Assembly (NCBI GenBank): GCA_963753695.1 | Contig: CAVWDG010000010.1 | Span: 44,618-108,617, forward strand | Source: an uncultured Actinomycetes bacterium | GTDB lineage: Bacteria; Actinomycetota; Thermoleophilia; UBA2241 | DNA: 64,000 nucleotides | Direction of reading: 5' to 3' | Part shown: positions 21,490 to 30,745 of the stretch, piece by piece | Numbering within the stretch: the first letter of the stretch is position 1 | How the letters are laid out: every line of letters begins with the position of its first letter | Notes under the pieces: generated by a model | Database searches by the model: none | The model's input: only the letters and a program-made list of their open reading frames with translations | What the model was told of the DNA's origin: nothing | Program-made: the position numbers and the translations under genes

Positions 21490-23015
21490 GCCGTTTCTCC
21501 ATCACCACGCCCATCTACTACGTGAACGCCGACCCCCATCTGGGGCACGCCTACACCACGATCGCCGCCGACATCCTGGCGCGCCACCACCGCCAGCTCG
21601 GCGACGACGTCTTCTTCTTGACCGGCACCGACGAGCACGGCAACAAGGTGGCCCAGGCGGCCGAGCTCGCCGGCCTTACCCCGCGCGCCCACGTCGACAC
21701 CCTGGCCCCGAAGTTCCGCGAGATGACGCGCCAGGTGAACGCCTCGAACGACTTCTTCATCCGCACGACCGACCCCGAGCACGAAGCCTACGTGCGGCGC
21801 TTTGTCGAAAAGCTGCAGGCCGCCGGCGACATCGAAAAGCGCGCCTACGGCGGCCAGTACTGTACCGCCTGCGAGGCTTTCTACTACGAACGCGACCTGG
21901 TCGACGGCAAGTGCCCGGTGCACGGTACCGAGCTCGTCTGGCTCGAAGAAGAGAACTATTACTTCCTGCTGTCGCGCTACCAGGACCGGCTGCGCGACTA
22001 CTACCTCGCCAACCCCGACTGGGTGAAGCCGCGCTCGCGCTACAACGAGGCGCTGTCGTTCATCGAGGGCGGCCTCGACGACATCTCGATCAGCCGCAGG
22101 TCGATCACCTGGGGCATTCCCGTGCCGTGGGACCCGGAGCAGGTCATCTACGTCTGGGTCGATGCCCTCATCAACTACGTCTCGGCGCTCACGTACGCCC
22201 GCCCCGGCGAAGACCTCGAAGCGCGCTACTGGCCGGCCGACACGCACCTGCTGGCCAAGGACATCCTCAAGTTCCACGCCGTGATCTGGCCGGCCCTGCT
22301 GTGGAGCGCTGGCTACGAGGCGCCGCGCAGCGAGTTCATCCACGGCTACCTGCTGATGGGCGGCGAGAAGATGAGCAAGACGCGCGGCAACGTGCTCGAC
22401 CCGTTCGCCGTGATCGCGCAACGCGGCGTCGACGCGCTGCGCTTCTACCTGTTCCGCGAGGTGACCTTCGGCCAGGACGGCGTGATCAGTCTCGAAGGGT
22501 TCGAGCAGCGCTACAACAACGAGCTCGCCAACGAGCTCGGCAACCTGGTCAGCCGCGTGGTGTCGATGATCGCCAAGTACCGCGGCGGCCACCTGTCGCC
22601 GGCCGCGGCGCCGGGCGGCGACCAGGGCCTCGCCCCCGAAGGCGAGGCCATGGTCGCCACGGTCAGCGATCGCTTGGGCGCGGTCGAGATCACGGCCGCC
22701 CTCGAAGCGGCCTGGGAGTTCGTGCGCCGGCTCAACCGTTACGTCGAAGAAGAGGCTCCCTGGAAGCTCGCCAAAGACCCGGCCCAGGCCGAGCGCCTCG
22801 ACTTGGTGCTGCACGGCCTGGCGGCCGGGCTGCGCCTGGTCGCCCTCACGCTCTACCCGGTCATCCCCGATACGGCGGTCGAGATCCTGCGCCGCCTGGG
22901 GCAGCCCCACGAAGCCGCCGACCTGGCCCTTGAGCGGGCGCGATGGAACGGCCTGGCCGCGGCCGACGTAGTCACCGCGCCGCCGCTGTTCCCGCGCATC
23001 GACGCCGAGGCGTAG
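21486..23015 (+). CDS. metG: methionine--tRNA ligase (short form)
   Basis: GTG start overlaps the upstream stop; PIYYVNADPHLGHAYTTIAADILARHHR (HIGH) and KMSKTRGN (KMSKS). Confidence 0.9.
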   Translation: MSRFSITTPIYYVNADPHLGHAYTTIAADILARHHRQLGDDVFFLTGTDEHGNKVAQAAELAGLTPRAHVDTLAPKFREMTRQVNASNDFFIRTTDPEHEAYVRRFVEKLQAAGDIEKRAYGGQYCTACEAFYYERDLVDGKCPVHGTELVWLEEENYYFLLSRYQDRLRDYYLANPDWVKPRSRYNEALSFIEGGLDDISISRRSITWGIPVPWDPEQVIYVWVDALINYVSALTYARPGEDLEARYWPADTHLLAKDILKFHAVIWPALLWSAGYEAPRSEFIHGYLLMGGEKMSKTRGNVLDPFAVIAQRGVDALRFYLFREVTFGQDGVISLEGFEQRYNNELANELGNLVSRVVSMIAKYRGGHLSPAAAPGGDQGLAPEGEAMVATVSDRLGAVEITAALEAAWEFVRRLNRYVEEEAPWKLAKDPAQAERLDLVLHGLAAGLRLVALTLYPVIPDTAVEILRRLGQPHEAADLALERARWNGLAAADVVTAPPLFPRIDAEA

Positions 23016-23024
23016 GGCGCGGGC

Positions 23025-23843
23025 GTGCCGAGCGGCGACGACCACAGCGAAGGGGGCGCAGTCGCCGGGCTGGTCGACACCCACTGCCACCTCGACCTGC
23101 TCAAGGGCACGCCCGACGAAGCGCTTGCCGAGACACGCGCGGCCGGCATCGAGGCCGTCGTGGCGGTGGGCATCGACCTGCCCTCGTCGCGCACGGCGGC
23201 CGCCCTGGCGGCGCGTCACGCCGACGTGTATGCCGTCGTCGGAGTCCACCCCCACGACGCCCTGGGCTTCAACGGCGTGGTGCGCACCGGCCTCGAGCGG
23301 CTGCTGAGCCAGCCCCGAGTCGTCGGCGTCGGCGAGTGCGGCCTCGACTTCTACCGCGATCTTGCCCCGCGCGACGTGCAGCGTGCCGTCTTCGTCGAGC
23401 AGCTCGACCTGGCGCGGGTCGCGGGCAAGCCGGTCTGCGTGCACAGCCGCGACGCGGGTGGCGAGACCTTCGCCCTGCTCACCGAGCACGGCCAAGGTCT
23501 GCGCATCGTCTTGCACTGCTTTTCGACCCCCGAGTACGTCGAGCTCTGCAACGAGCGCGGCTACTACGTGTCGTTCGCCGGCAACCTGACCTACAAGAAC
23601 TCGGTCGAGCTGCAGCAGGCAGCCGCGCTGGTGCGCGACGAGCTGCTGCTGGTCGAAACCGACGCGCCCTTCCTCACGCCCATGCCGCGCCGCGGGCGGC
23701 CCAACCGGCCGGCCTACGTCGCCCTCACCGCCCAGTTCCTGGCCGAGCTGCGCGGCTGGAGCCCCGAGCAGGTCGCCGCCGTGACCACCGCCAACGCGCG
23801 GCGGGCCTTCGGCTTAGCCGCGCCGGTCGCGCGGCCGTCGTGA
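23025..23843 (+). CDS. tatD: TatD-family metal-dependent DNase/hydrolase
   Basis: VDTHCHLDL, GVHPHDA, GECGLDFY, VETDAPFLTP motifs. Confidence 0.85.
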   Translation: MPSGDDHSEGGAVAGLVDTHCHLDLLKGTPDEALAETRAAGIEAVVAVGIDLPSSRTAAALAARHADVYAVVGVHPHDALGFNGVVRTGLERLLSQPRVVGVGECGLDFYRDLAPRDVQRAVFVEQLDLARVAGKPVCVHSRDAGGETFALLTEHGQGLRIVLHCFSTPEYVELCNERGYYVSFAGNLTYKNSVELQQAAALVRDELLLVETDAPFLTPMPRRGRPNRPAYVALTAQFLAELRGWSPEQVAAVTTANARRAFGLAAPVARPS

Positions 23844-24660
23844 GCCACGCGCGCCCGCCGGCTCGGCGGCGGTACGGCCAGCACCACCTGGTCGATCGCG
23901 GCACGCTCGACGCCATCCTCGCCATGGCCCACGTGCAGCCCGACGACATCGTGCTCGAAGTGGGCGCCGCCGACGGCCTGCTCACCAGGCGGCTCGTCGA
24001 GCAGGCGCGCTACGTGCACGCCTTCGAGATCGACCACCGCTTCGCCGAGGGGCTCGACAAGCTCGCCGCGGGGCGCGACGACCTGCGCATCCACCTGGTC
24101 GACGCCCTGCGCTACCGGCTCGCCGGCCTCGATCCGGCGCCGACCGCGCTGGTGGCCAACCTCGCCTACAACATCGCCGTGCCGCTGCTCATGCGCTCCA
24201 TCGCCACGGTGCCCAGCCTGCAGCGTTGGGCCGTGATGCTGCAGCGCGAGCTCGCCGAGCGGCTGTTCGCAGTGCCCAGCACCAAGGCCTACTCGGCCGT
24301 GTCGGTGCTGGTGCAGCTCTCCTGCGAGATCGAGGCGCAGCGCGCGGTGCCGCGCACCGTCTTTGCTCCGCAGCCGCGGGTCGATCGGCCTTTGTCACCT
24401 TCAAGCGCTCGGGCCCGCTGCCCTTCGACCACACCGCCGTGCTCGAGACGCTGGTGCGCACCGCGTTCGGGCAGCGCCGCAAGCAGATCGTGAACTCGCT
24501 GTCGGGCGCCTCGGCCCCGGGCGCGGAGCCGCTCACGCGCGGCGACGTGCAGGCCGCCCTCGAGGCGCTCGGCCTGCCCGACTCCACAAGGCCCGAAGAG
24601 CTCACACCGCCGACCTTCGTGGCCCTCGCCAGGCAGCTCGGATGGCTGCCGCCGGCATGA
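23840..24660 (+). pseudogene. rsmA: 16S rRNA dimethyladenosine transferase RsmA/KsgA, single frameshift near 24395
   Basis: YGQHHLVDRGTLDAIL...EVGAADGLLTRRL...ANLAYNIAVPLL, then the C-terminus (FVTFKRSGPLPFDHTAVLETLVRTAFGQRRKQ) in the next frame. Confidence 0.8.
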
Positions 24661-25659
24661 GTGCCGCCGACGAAACGCCGCGGCCCGCCTTCGTGCCGCC
24701 CGCGACGTCGGTCGCCCAGGTCGCCGCGCCGGCCAAGGTCAACCTCGGCCTGCTGGTCGGGCCGGTACGCTCCGACGGCTTCCACGAGATCTTCGCCCAT
24801 GCTGCCGGTCACGCTGGCCGACTTGGTGACGGCGCGCCCGGCGCCGGCAGGCGCCGGCCTCGTCGTCGAATGCGACGTGGCCCCCGGCGAAGACAACCTC
24901 GCCGCCAAGGCGGTGCGCGAGCTCGAGCGGCGTCTGGGGCGCAGCTTCGACGTGCGCCTGAGCATCGCCAAGCGCGTGCCGGCGGCGGCGGGACTGGGCG
25001 GCGGCAGCTCCGACGCCGCGGCCGCGATCCGCGCCGTCGAGCGGCTCTTCGAGCTCGACCTGCCGGTGCGCCTGCGCTACGAGATCGCCGGCGCCGTCGG
25101 CTCCGACGTGCCCTTCTTTTTGTGGCCCGGGCCGCAGCTCGCCATGGGGCGCGGCACCGTCCTCAAAGAGATCGTCCTGCCAGAGCCTCTGCACATCGTG
25201 ATCGCCCTGCCCGGCCTCGCGCTGTCGACCGCCGACGTCTACCGCTGGTTCGCCAAGCGGCCCGGCGCTCCGGGCACGGCGCTGGCCGAACGCCGGTCGT
25301 TCGCGGAGCGCACGCAGGCGCTCTACGCGCGCCTGAGCGCCGCGCAGCGGCCGCGCGACCTGACGGCGGTCATCGACAACGAGCTCGAGGCGCCGGTCGT
25401 GGCGCGCCACCCCGAGATCGGCGAGCTCAAGGCGCGCCTGCTCGCCGCCGGCGCGTTCGCCGCCGCCATGAGCGGCAGTGGCTCGAGCGTGTTCGGCCTG
25501 TTCCCGAGCGCGGCGGGCGCGCAGCGCGCGGTCGTTTCGCTGGCCCCTCTGCAAGCCGTCTACGTGACCGACCTGCAGCCCGGCGACCCCGCCGACCTGC
25601 AGCCCGGCGACCACGACGCGCCGGGCCAGACCCCGCCGGAGCCACGCGCGCCCAAGTGA
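24657..25659 (+). pseudogene. ispE: 4-diphosphocytidyl-2-C-methyl-D-erythritol kinase, frameshift near 24800
   Basis: N-terminus AKVNLGLLVGPVRSDGFHEIFA in frame 0, remainder (AAKAVRELERRLG...AAGLGGGSSDAAAA...AAMSGSGSSVFGLF) in frame +1. The C-terminal DLQPGDPA/DLQPGDHD duplicate comes from a 21-bp tandem repeat. Confidence 0.75.
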
Positions 25660-25700
25660 TAGACTGCCGTGGGGCAAGAGCCTCTGAATGCTTGAGCCGC

Positions 25701-25773
25701 TGGGGCGTGGCCAAGTGGTAAGGCAACGGGTTTTGGTCCCGTGACCGGAGGTTCGAACCCTCCGCCCCAGCCA
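25701..25773 (+). tRNA. tRNA-Gln (anticodon TTG)
   Basis: Cloverleaf folded by hand: acceptor TGGGGCG/CGCCCCA, D-arm GCCAAGTGGTAAGGC, anticodon loop TTTTGGT, T-arm GGAGGTTCGAACCCTCC, 3' GCCA. Confidence 0.85.
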
Positions 25774-25831
25774 GACCGCGGCCCCTGAGCCGCGCACCGA
25801 CGTCCACACCGCCGCGAGGGAAACGGATGCC

Positions 25832-27254
25832 ATGTCTGTCGAACAGCCGATGACCTCTTCGCGCGCGAGCCGGCCGCTGGCCGTGATCGTCCTGGCCGCC
25901 GGCCTGGGCACGCGCATGAAGTCCGCGATCCCCAAAGTCATGCACCCCGTCTGCGGACGGCCGCTGCTCGCCTACGTGCTCGACGCCGCCGCCGCCCTCG
26001 ACCCGGCGCGCGTGGTCGTGGTGACCGGCGCCGGCGACGACGACCCGGTGGGCGCCGCGCTGCCGCCCGGCGTGCAGCGCGCCGTGCAGACCGAACGCCT
26101 GGGCTCGGGCGACGCCCTGCGGGCTGGCATGAGCGGCCTGACCGACTTCGAAGGCGACGTCATGGTCCTCATCGGCGACGCACCGCTGGCCGGCGCCGAG
26201 CTGTTCGCCGGACTGCGCCGCCACCACGTCGCAGTGCACGGCGCGGGCCACCATCACCACGGTCGTGCTCGCCGATCCCGCGCACTACGGCCGTATCGTG
26301 CGCGACTCGGCCGGCGACCTCACGGCCATCGTCGAGGCGCGCGACGCCTCGCCCGAAGAGCTCGCCATCACCGAGATCAACTCCGGGTTCTACGTGTTCG
26401 ACGCGGCCGAGCTGCGCCGCCTTCTGCCGACCCTCACCGCCGACAACGCCCAGGGCGAGTACTACCTCACCGACCTCATCGATCGCTTTCTGCGGGCCGG
26501 CGACAGGGTGGCCGCCTTTCTCACCGCCGACGTCGAGGCCAGCATGGGGGTCAACTCGCGCGTCGACCTGGCCCAGGTCAGCGCCATCATGCGGGCCCGC
26601 ATCCTCGAGCGCCTCATGCTGGACGGCGTGACGATCGACGACCCTGCGTCGACCTACGTCGACTGGGGCGTGACGGTCGGCTGCGACACGGTCCTGCGGC
26701 CGCAGACCATGCTCACCGGCGCTACGGCGATCGGCGTCGGCTGCACGGTGGGGCCGGGCTGCTTTCTGGCCGACGTCACGGTCGACGACGGCGCCGCCAT
26801 CATCTCGTCGCACCTCATAGGCTGCCGCGTGGGGCCGGGCGCGAGCGTCGGTCCGTTCACCCACCTGCGGCCCGGCACCGAGCTCGGGCCGAGCTCGCGG
26901 GCGGGCAGCTTCGTCGAGATCAAGAAGAGCCGCGTGGGCACGGGCAGCAAGGTGCCACACTTAAGCTACGTGGGCGACACGACCATCGGCGACGACACCA
27001 ACATCGGGGCCGGCACGATCACCGCCAACTACGACGGCCAGCGCAAACACCCGACCACGATCGGTAGCGACGTGAGGGTGGGCAGCGACACCGTGTTCGT
27101 GGCGCCGGTGACCGTGGGCGACCGCGCGGTCATAGGGGCCGGCTCGGTGATCACCAAAGACGTGCCCGAGGGCGCTTTGGGCGTGGCGCGCGGCCGTCAG
27201 GAGAACGTCGAAGGCTACGCCGACCGCCGTCGGCCGCGGCCCGATCGGACCTAG
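25832..27254 (+). pseudogene. glmU: bifunctional GlmU (uridyltransferase / acetyltransferase), single frameshift near 26230
   Basis: N-terminal uridyltransferase domain (LAAGLGTRMKSAIPKVMHPVCGRPLL) in one frame; the rest, including left-handed beta-helix hexapeptide repeats, in ORF 26265..27254. Confidence 0.8.
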
Positions 27255-27336
27255 CCGCCGACTGGCGGCACGGTAACAGCGGTACCTCTGGTACAATCCA
27301 AGGCCCGCAAGGCTTTTTGTCGCGAAGGGATTCGCC

Positions 27337-28332
27337 GTGACCAACAAGATGTGTCATGTGGTGGGCACGACGCAGCGCCGCCTCATGGTGTTCGCGGGCC
27401 GCAGCAACCCGCAGCTCGGCGAAGCCATCGCCTATCATCTGGGCATCTCGCTTGGTCCCATCCTGCTCAAGACCTTCGCCAACGGCGAGATCTACGCGCG
27501 CTACGAAGAGAGCATCCGCGACGCCGACGTCTTTCTGGTGCAGTCGCCGCACGGCAAGTTGAACCAGCAGGTCGTGGAGCTGCTCATCATGGTCCAGGCG
27601 GCCAAGCTGGCGTCGGCCCACCGCGTGACCGTGGTGCTGCCGTACTTCCCCTACGCCCGGCAAGACAAGAAGAGCGCCGCCCGCGAGCCTATCGCGGCGC
27701 GCCTCATGGCCACGCTGCTCGAGGCCTCCGGCGCCGACCGCGTGCTCTCGATGGACCTCCATCAGGGCCAGGTCCAGGGCTTCTTCGAGATCCCGGTCGA
27801 CCACATGACGGCCGTGCCCATCCTGGCCGACTACTTCCGGTACCGCGGCCTGGGCGACGCCGAGCTCGTCGCGGTGTCGGCCGACGCCGGCGGCGTGAAG
27901 CTCGCCAAGCGCTTCGCCAACCGTCTCGACGCCGACCTCGCCGTGCTCACCAAGATGCGTCCGGCCCACAACGTGGCCGAGACCATGCACTTCATCGGCG
28001 ACGTCGACGGCAAGGTGGCCATCGTGGTCGACGACATGATCGACACCGCCGGCTCCGTCGTGAACGCCATCGACACCCTCTACGAGCACGGCGCCAGCGA
28101 GGTCTACGTCACCGCGACCCACGGCATTTTCTCGGGCCCGGCGCGCGAGCGCATCGCCGCGTCGCCCGTCAAAGAGATCGTGGTCACCGACACCCTGCCG
28201 GTCGTGCTCAATGTGACCGACACCAAGATCAAAGTCCTGTCCGTGGCGAGTATCCTCGCCGACACAATCAAGCGCGTGTTCGAAGGCGAATCGGTCAGTG
28301 AGCTGTTCGCCGGCGAGAACGCTCTCTTCTAG
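27337..28332 (+). CDS. prs: ribose-phosphate pyrophosphokinase
   Basis: 331 aa; HRVTVVLPYFPYARQDKK, VAIVVDDMIDTAGS (PRPP-binding). Confidence 0.9.
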   Translation: MTNKMCHVVGTTQRRLMVFAGRSNPQLGEAIAYHLGISLGPILLKTFANGEIYARYEESIRDADVFLVQSPHGKLNQQVVELLIMVQAAKLASAHRVTVVLPYFPYARQDKKSAAREPIAARLMATLLEASGADRVLSMDLHQGQVQGFFEIPVDHMTAVPILADYFRYRGLGDAELVAVSADAGGVKLAKRFANRLDADLAVLTKMRPAHNVAETMHFIGDVDGKVAIVVDDMIDTAGSVVNAIDTLYEHGASEVYVTATHGIFSGPARERIAASPVKEIVVTDTLPVVLNVTDTKIKVLSVASILADTIKRVFEGESVSELFAGENALF

Positions 28333-28347
28333 CAGGAGACAGACAAC

Positions 28348-28995
28348 ATGGATCGAGTCAAACTCGTCGTACACCCCCGCGACGTCGACGGCAGCCGCGA
28401 AGCGCGCCGTCTGCGCCGCCGCGGCCTGATTCCGGCCGTCATGTACGGCTCGGGCAAGCCGGCTGTGAGCATCGCCGTCGAAGAGCACGCGCTGCGCGCC
28501 GCCGTCGGCACCGGCGCCGGCATGCACGCCGTGCTCGACGTCATGATCGAGGGCCAGACTAAGCCCCACGTCGCGATCGTCAAGGAGTTCGAGCTCCACA
28601 GGGTCAAGCACTTCGTGACCCACGTCGACTTTCAGGAGATCGACCTCACCGAGACCATCGAGTCGAACGTGACCGTCACCCTCGAGGGCACGCCGGTCGG
28701 CGTCAGCCTGAACGGCGGCCTGCTCGACGTCATCTCGCGCGAGGTGACCGTCAGCGCCCTGCCGACCGACATCCCCGAGCACCTCACGCTCAACGTCGAG
28801 AAGCTCGACGTGGGCGATGTGGCGCACGTCTCCGATCTCACGGCGCCCGAGAACGTCACCATCCTCGACGACCCCGACGACGTCGTGTGCTCAGTGCTGG
28901 CGCCGCGACTCGCCGAGGAAGAGCCCATCGAGGGCGAGGCCGTCGCGGCCGAGCCCGAAGTCGTGGGCGAGCGCGAGGCCGAGACCGAGGAGTAG
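28348..28995 (+). CDS. rplY: 50S ribosomal protein L25 / general stress protein Ctc
   Basis: 215 aa, L25/Ctc fold with an acidic C-terminal tail. Confidence 0.85.
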   Translation: MDRVKLVVHPRDVDGSREARRLRRRGLIPAVMYGSGKPAVSIAVEEHALRAAVGTGAGMHAVLDVMIEGQTKPHVAIVKEFELHRVKHFVTHVDFQEIDLTETIESNVTVTLEGTPVGVSLNGGLLDVISREVTVSALPTDIPEHLTLNVEKLDVGDVAHVSDLTAPENVTILDDPDDVVCSVLAPRLAEEEPIEGEAVAAEPEVVGEREAETEE

Positions 28996-29040
28996 ACGCT
29001 CACGGCCGGCCGCGCGGGTCGCACTCCGTCGCCGGGGCAG

Positions 29041-29610
29041 CCGGTCGAGCTGCTCGTCGTCGGCCTCGGCAACCCCGGCGCCCAGTACGCCTATACGCGT
29101 CACAACGCCGGCTTTCTGGTCGTCGAGACTCTGGCCGGCAGGCACGGGTTCCCGCGCGCCAAACGGGCCTACAGCGGACGTTACGCGGCCGGCTCCATAG
29201 CCGGCCGCGGCGTCGGCCTGCTCATACCGACCACGTACATGAACGAGTCGGGCCGCAGCGTGGCCGCCGCCCTGCGCGACCTGCGCCTCGGCGAGCCCGA
29301 GCTGCTCGTCGTGCACGACCACATCGACCTGCCGTTCGGACGGCTGCGCCTGACGCACGCCGGGGGGCACGGCGGCCATAACGGCATCCGCAGCCTCTTC
29401 GAGCTGGTCGGGCGCGACTTCGACCACGTGCGCATGGGCGTGGGCCGCCCGGCGAGCACCGAACCCGACGTCGTGGCCGACTACGTGCTGGGCCGCTTCA
29501 GCGAGTCGCGCGCCGACGTCGACGACCTCGTCGGCCGCTCGGCCGACGCCGTCGAGCTCTGGGCGGCCGAGGGCATCGACGAAGCCATGAGCCGGCTGAA
29601 CGCGGAGTAG
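29041..29610 (+). CDS. pth: peptidyl-tRNA hydrolase (5' start not identifiable)
   Basis: LLVVGLGNPGAQYAYTRHNAGF...HDHIDLPFGRLRL...GGHNGIRS. There is no ATG/GTG/TTG in frame between the upstream stop (28993) and this motif, so the start codon is probably lost to an indel or is non-canonical. Confidence 0.75.
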   Translation, partial: PVELLVVGLGNPGAQYAYTRHNAGFLVVETLAGRHGFPRAKRAYSGRYAAGSIAGRGVGLLIPTTYMNESGRSVAAALRDLRLGEPELLVVHDHIDLPFGRLRLTHAGGHGGHNGIRSLFELVGRDFDHVRMGVGRPASTEPDVVADYVLGRFSESRADVDDLVGRSADAVELWAAEGIDEAMSRLNAE

Positions 29611-29613
29611 GCG

Positions 29614-30570
29614 ATGCCACTTGGGGGCTACTGCCGGGCCTGCCGGCGCTGGGTGTGGCTGAACACCTACGGCGAGTGCCAGTTCGGCCATCCGGCCAGC
29701 ACCGTGAGCGACGTGCAGCAGCTCAAGCCGCGCGACGGCGACGAGCAGACCCAGCTCACCATCGACGCGGCGCGCAGCTTCGCGCTGCGCCGCCGTTCGG
29801 GCCCCGCCGCCGGCTGGCGCCACTCGCTGTGGATCGTGTTCACGCTGCCGTTCGGTCTGCTCAGCTGGCTGGCGTTCGTCTACATCGGGCTGCGCGCCCG
29901 GCGGGTCGAGTGGCTGGTGGCGGGCATCATCTACGCCGTGCCGCCGATCCTCGTGGCCGCCTTCCACGGCACCGCCCTGTTCTGGCCTCTCGTGGCGGTG
30001 GCGCTCACGACCTGGGTGATCTCCATCCTGCACGCCGTCCTCGTGCGCGGCCAGTACCGCGCCGTCATGCTGGCCGGCGGGCCCGCCGGGCTGCTGCCTG
30101 CCGCTCCCGACGGCAGCTACGAGACCGAGCGCCTGGCGTTGCCCAGCGGGCTCGACGCCGACGTCGTCCACACCCTCGAGGCTGCCCAGGCGACGGTCGA
30201 CGAGATCGCCGCCGCCGGGCACGGCATCGACGCCCCTCCGGTGCGCGCTCGCGTCGAGATGCTGTGCCGCACGGCGCAGCGCATCCTGGCCGAGCTGCGC
30301 GACGACCCCCGACGTCTCGGTCTGGCGCGCGCCTTCCTGACCTACTATCTCGAGGCCGCCGGGCGCATCGTGGCCGGCTACGCCGACCTCGCCGACAAGC
30401 GCCTCGACCCGGCCCAGGTCGAGCCCGTCCTCGAGCGGGCCATCGTGGCCCTCGACACGGTCCAGCAGGCCTTCGACCGCGAGCTCGTGAACCTCGCGCT
30501 GAGCGACGTCATCGACTTGGACGCCGAGATCGCCCTGCTCGAGACGACCGCCCGCATGGAGCCGCTCTAG
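29614..30570 (+). CDS. membrane protein with N-terminal zinc-ribbon-like motif and C-terminal helical domain (possibly XpaC/TelA-like)
   Basis: CRACRRW...x10...CQFGH, then 3-4 TM helices, then a ~170-aa cytoplasmic alpha-helical domain (LTYYLEAAGRIVAGYADLADKRLD...). The family assignment is tentative. Confidence 0.5.
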   Translation: MPLGGYCRACRRWVWLNTYGECQFGHPASTVSDVQQLKPRDGDEQTQLTIDAARSFALRRRSGPAAGWRHSLWIVFTLPFGLLSWLAFVYIGLRARRVEWLVAGIIYAVPPILVAAFHGTALFWPLVAVALTTWVISILHAVLVRGQYRAVMLAGGPAGLLPAAPDGSYETERLALPSGLDADVVHTLEAAQATVDEIAAAGHGIDAPPVRARVEMLCRTAQRILAELRDDPRRLGLARAFLTYYLEAAGRIVAGYADLADKRLDPAQVEPVLERAIVALDTVQQAFDRELVNLALSDVIDLDAEIALLETTARMEPL

Positions 30571-30745
30571 GGGTTCTTGCGGCGCCGCCGCGGGTGCGCC
30601 TGATCGGGCGCGCCGCGCAGCGCCGCGCGGGATCGACCACCCCGCTTCGCGGCCCGCCCGAGCGCGATTGCAGCGGCCCGACGCGGTGCTAGGATGGATT
30701 CCGGTCCGGCGCCTTGCGGGACCGACCGACACTCGAGGGGGGTCC

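Noticed and set aside
21444-23516. 690-aa minus-strand ORF
   Set aside because: Antisense shadow of metG and tatD in high-GC DNA.
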